A DNA stretch of 52,232 nt from Microcystaceae cyanobacterium (GTDB taxonomy: Bacteria; Cyanobacteriota; Cyanobacteriia; Cyanobacteriales; Microcystaceae): NCBI GenBank assembly GCA_041746575.1, contig JBGTGT010000056.1, positions 1 to 52,232 on the forward strand, written 5' to 3'. Shown here in pieces: positions 51,709-52,232 of the stretch. Each line of letters opens with the position of its first letter. Positions within the stretch are counted from its first letter, which is position 1. The position numbers and the translations under genes were made by a program. The notes below the pieces were generated by a model. The model had not been told where the DNA came from, ran no database searches, and saw nothing but the letters and a program-made list of their open reading frames with translations.

Positions 51709-51870
51709 TTAATCATTCATGTTTCTAGATTCTCGAATCTCTTGAACTTTTTTCTGATATTTTAAAGCAATTTTTATAGCAAATTCGCTGGTTTCTCTGG
51801 CCTTTTGTTTGGCAATCTTCGCTAACGCTAGCAATTCTAACATGTCTAATTCAGTTAAAGGACGTTTCAT
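51709..51870 (-). CDS. Small hypothetical protein (53 aa), paralog of 51486-51626
   Basis: MKRPLTELDMLELLALAKIAKQKARETSEFAIKIALKYQKKVQEIRESRNMND*; TTGGAGT RBS. Confidence 0.65.
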   Translation of the reverse strand: MKRPLTELDMLELLALAKIAKQKARETSEFAIKIALKYQKKVQEIRESRNMND

Positions 51871-51915
51871 GATAAAAACTCCAAATCATTATATATTAAT
51901 AGCTAGAGCAATTTT

Positions 51916-52107
51916 TTACTTATTTTTCTTGATTGAACTAAAATCAAAATCATAAAGATAACCTAAACTATAATTAGCAATTTTATAGGTATGACATTTC
52001 CCGCCTACATTACATATTCCAATCACTTGATGGTTTTCTCTTTCCTTTTCAGGAGGATCTTGTAAATAAACAATACCATTACAATTGCCATATATAGCAA
52101 GTCTAAA
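51916..52107 (-). pseudogene. Possible gene fragment without a usable start
   Basis: 63 stop-free codons in AT-rich DNA: FRLAIYGNCNGIVYLQDPPEKERENHQVIGICNVGGKCHTYKIANYSLGY...; an in-frame TGA at 52108-52110 separates it from an upstream ATG. Confidence 0.35.
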
Positions 52108-52176
52108 TCATTTAGATAAATGAGAATGAGATGATAAAATCCAAAAAAGATTCACCATCTTGGAGAAAAAAGAAAA

Positions 52177-52232
52177 ATGGAAGACTCTCAGCTATTCAAG
52201 TTAGAAGCGATTGCCCAACTACAAGAGTTTGT
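52177..52232 (+). CDS. Possible start of a CDS truncated by the window edge
   Basis: GGAG upstream; MEDSQLFKLEAIAQLQEF open to the end of the window. Confidence 0.35.
   Translation, partial: MEDSQLFKLEAIAQLQEF

Noticed and set aside
52023..52091. 22-aa hydrophobic/basic peptide MAIVMVLFIYKILLKRKEKTIK (minus strand) as a type I toxin
   Set aside because: No RBS or antitoxin-like structure seen, and it overlaps a longer open frame.
1..52232. CRISPR arrays, tRNA/rRNA genes, IS elements, integrases
   Set aside because: No regularly spaced repeats, cloverleaf motifs, transposase or recombinase ORFs were seen by eye; short MITEs could have been missed.

Overview
Chromosomal window from a cyanobacterium, probably a unicellular Chroococcales-type organism. 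Evidence: ycf4, sigD, patD, CRR7, a phasin and about 20 HIP1 GCGATCGC octamers counted by eye. Most of it is ordinary housekeeping: sigD, an ECF sigma/anti-sigma/Spy operon, cyclophilin-ycf4, relA/spoT, gpsA, cinA, aroQ, xth, ygfZ, mgtE, dnaK, phaP and transporters. The best candidate for an undescribed system is a 5.6 kb accessory block at 3431-9046. It holds a tightly packed, AT-rich three-gene cassette (two small helical unknown proteins plus a Zn-finger HNH nuclease) that converges on a caspase(C14)-STAND NTPase-TM-WD40 gene with an intact His/Cys dyad; an immunity or cell-death role is inferred, not shown. The ORF track missed a 45-aa ORF before aroQ, two tandem paralogous micro-ORFs near the right end, a hydantoin-racemase N-terminal relic and a frameshift in the Uma2 gene. 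It also cannot show several regulatory motifs (HLR1, ECF promoter, K-box) or a possible pseudoknot upstream of ycf4. No rRNA, tRNA, CRISPR array or transposase was seen. All family assignments come from motif recognition by eye, without database searches.
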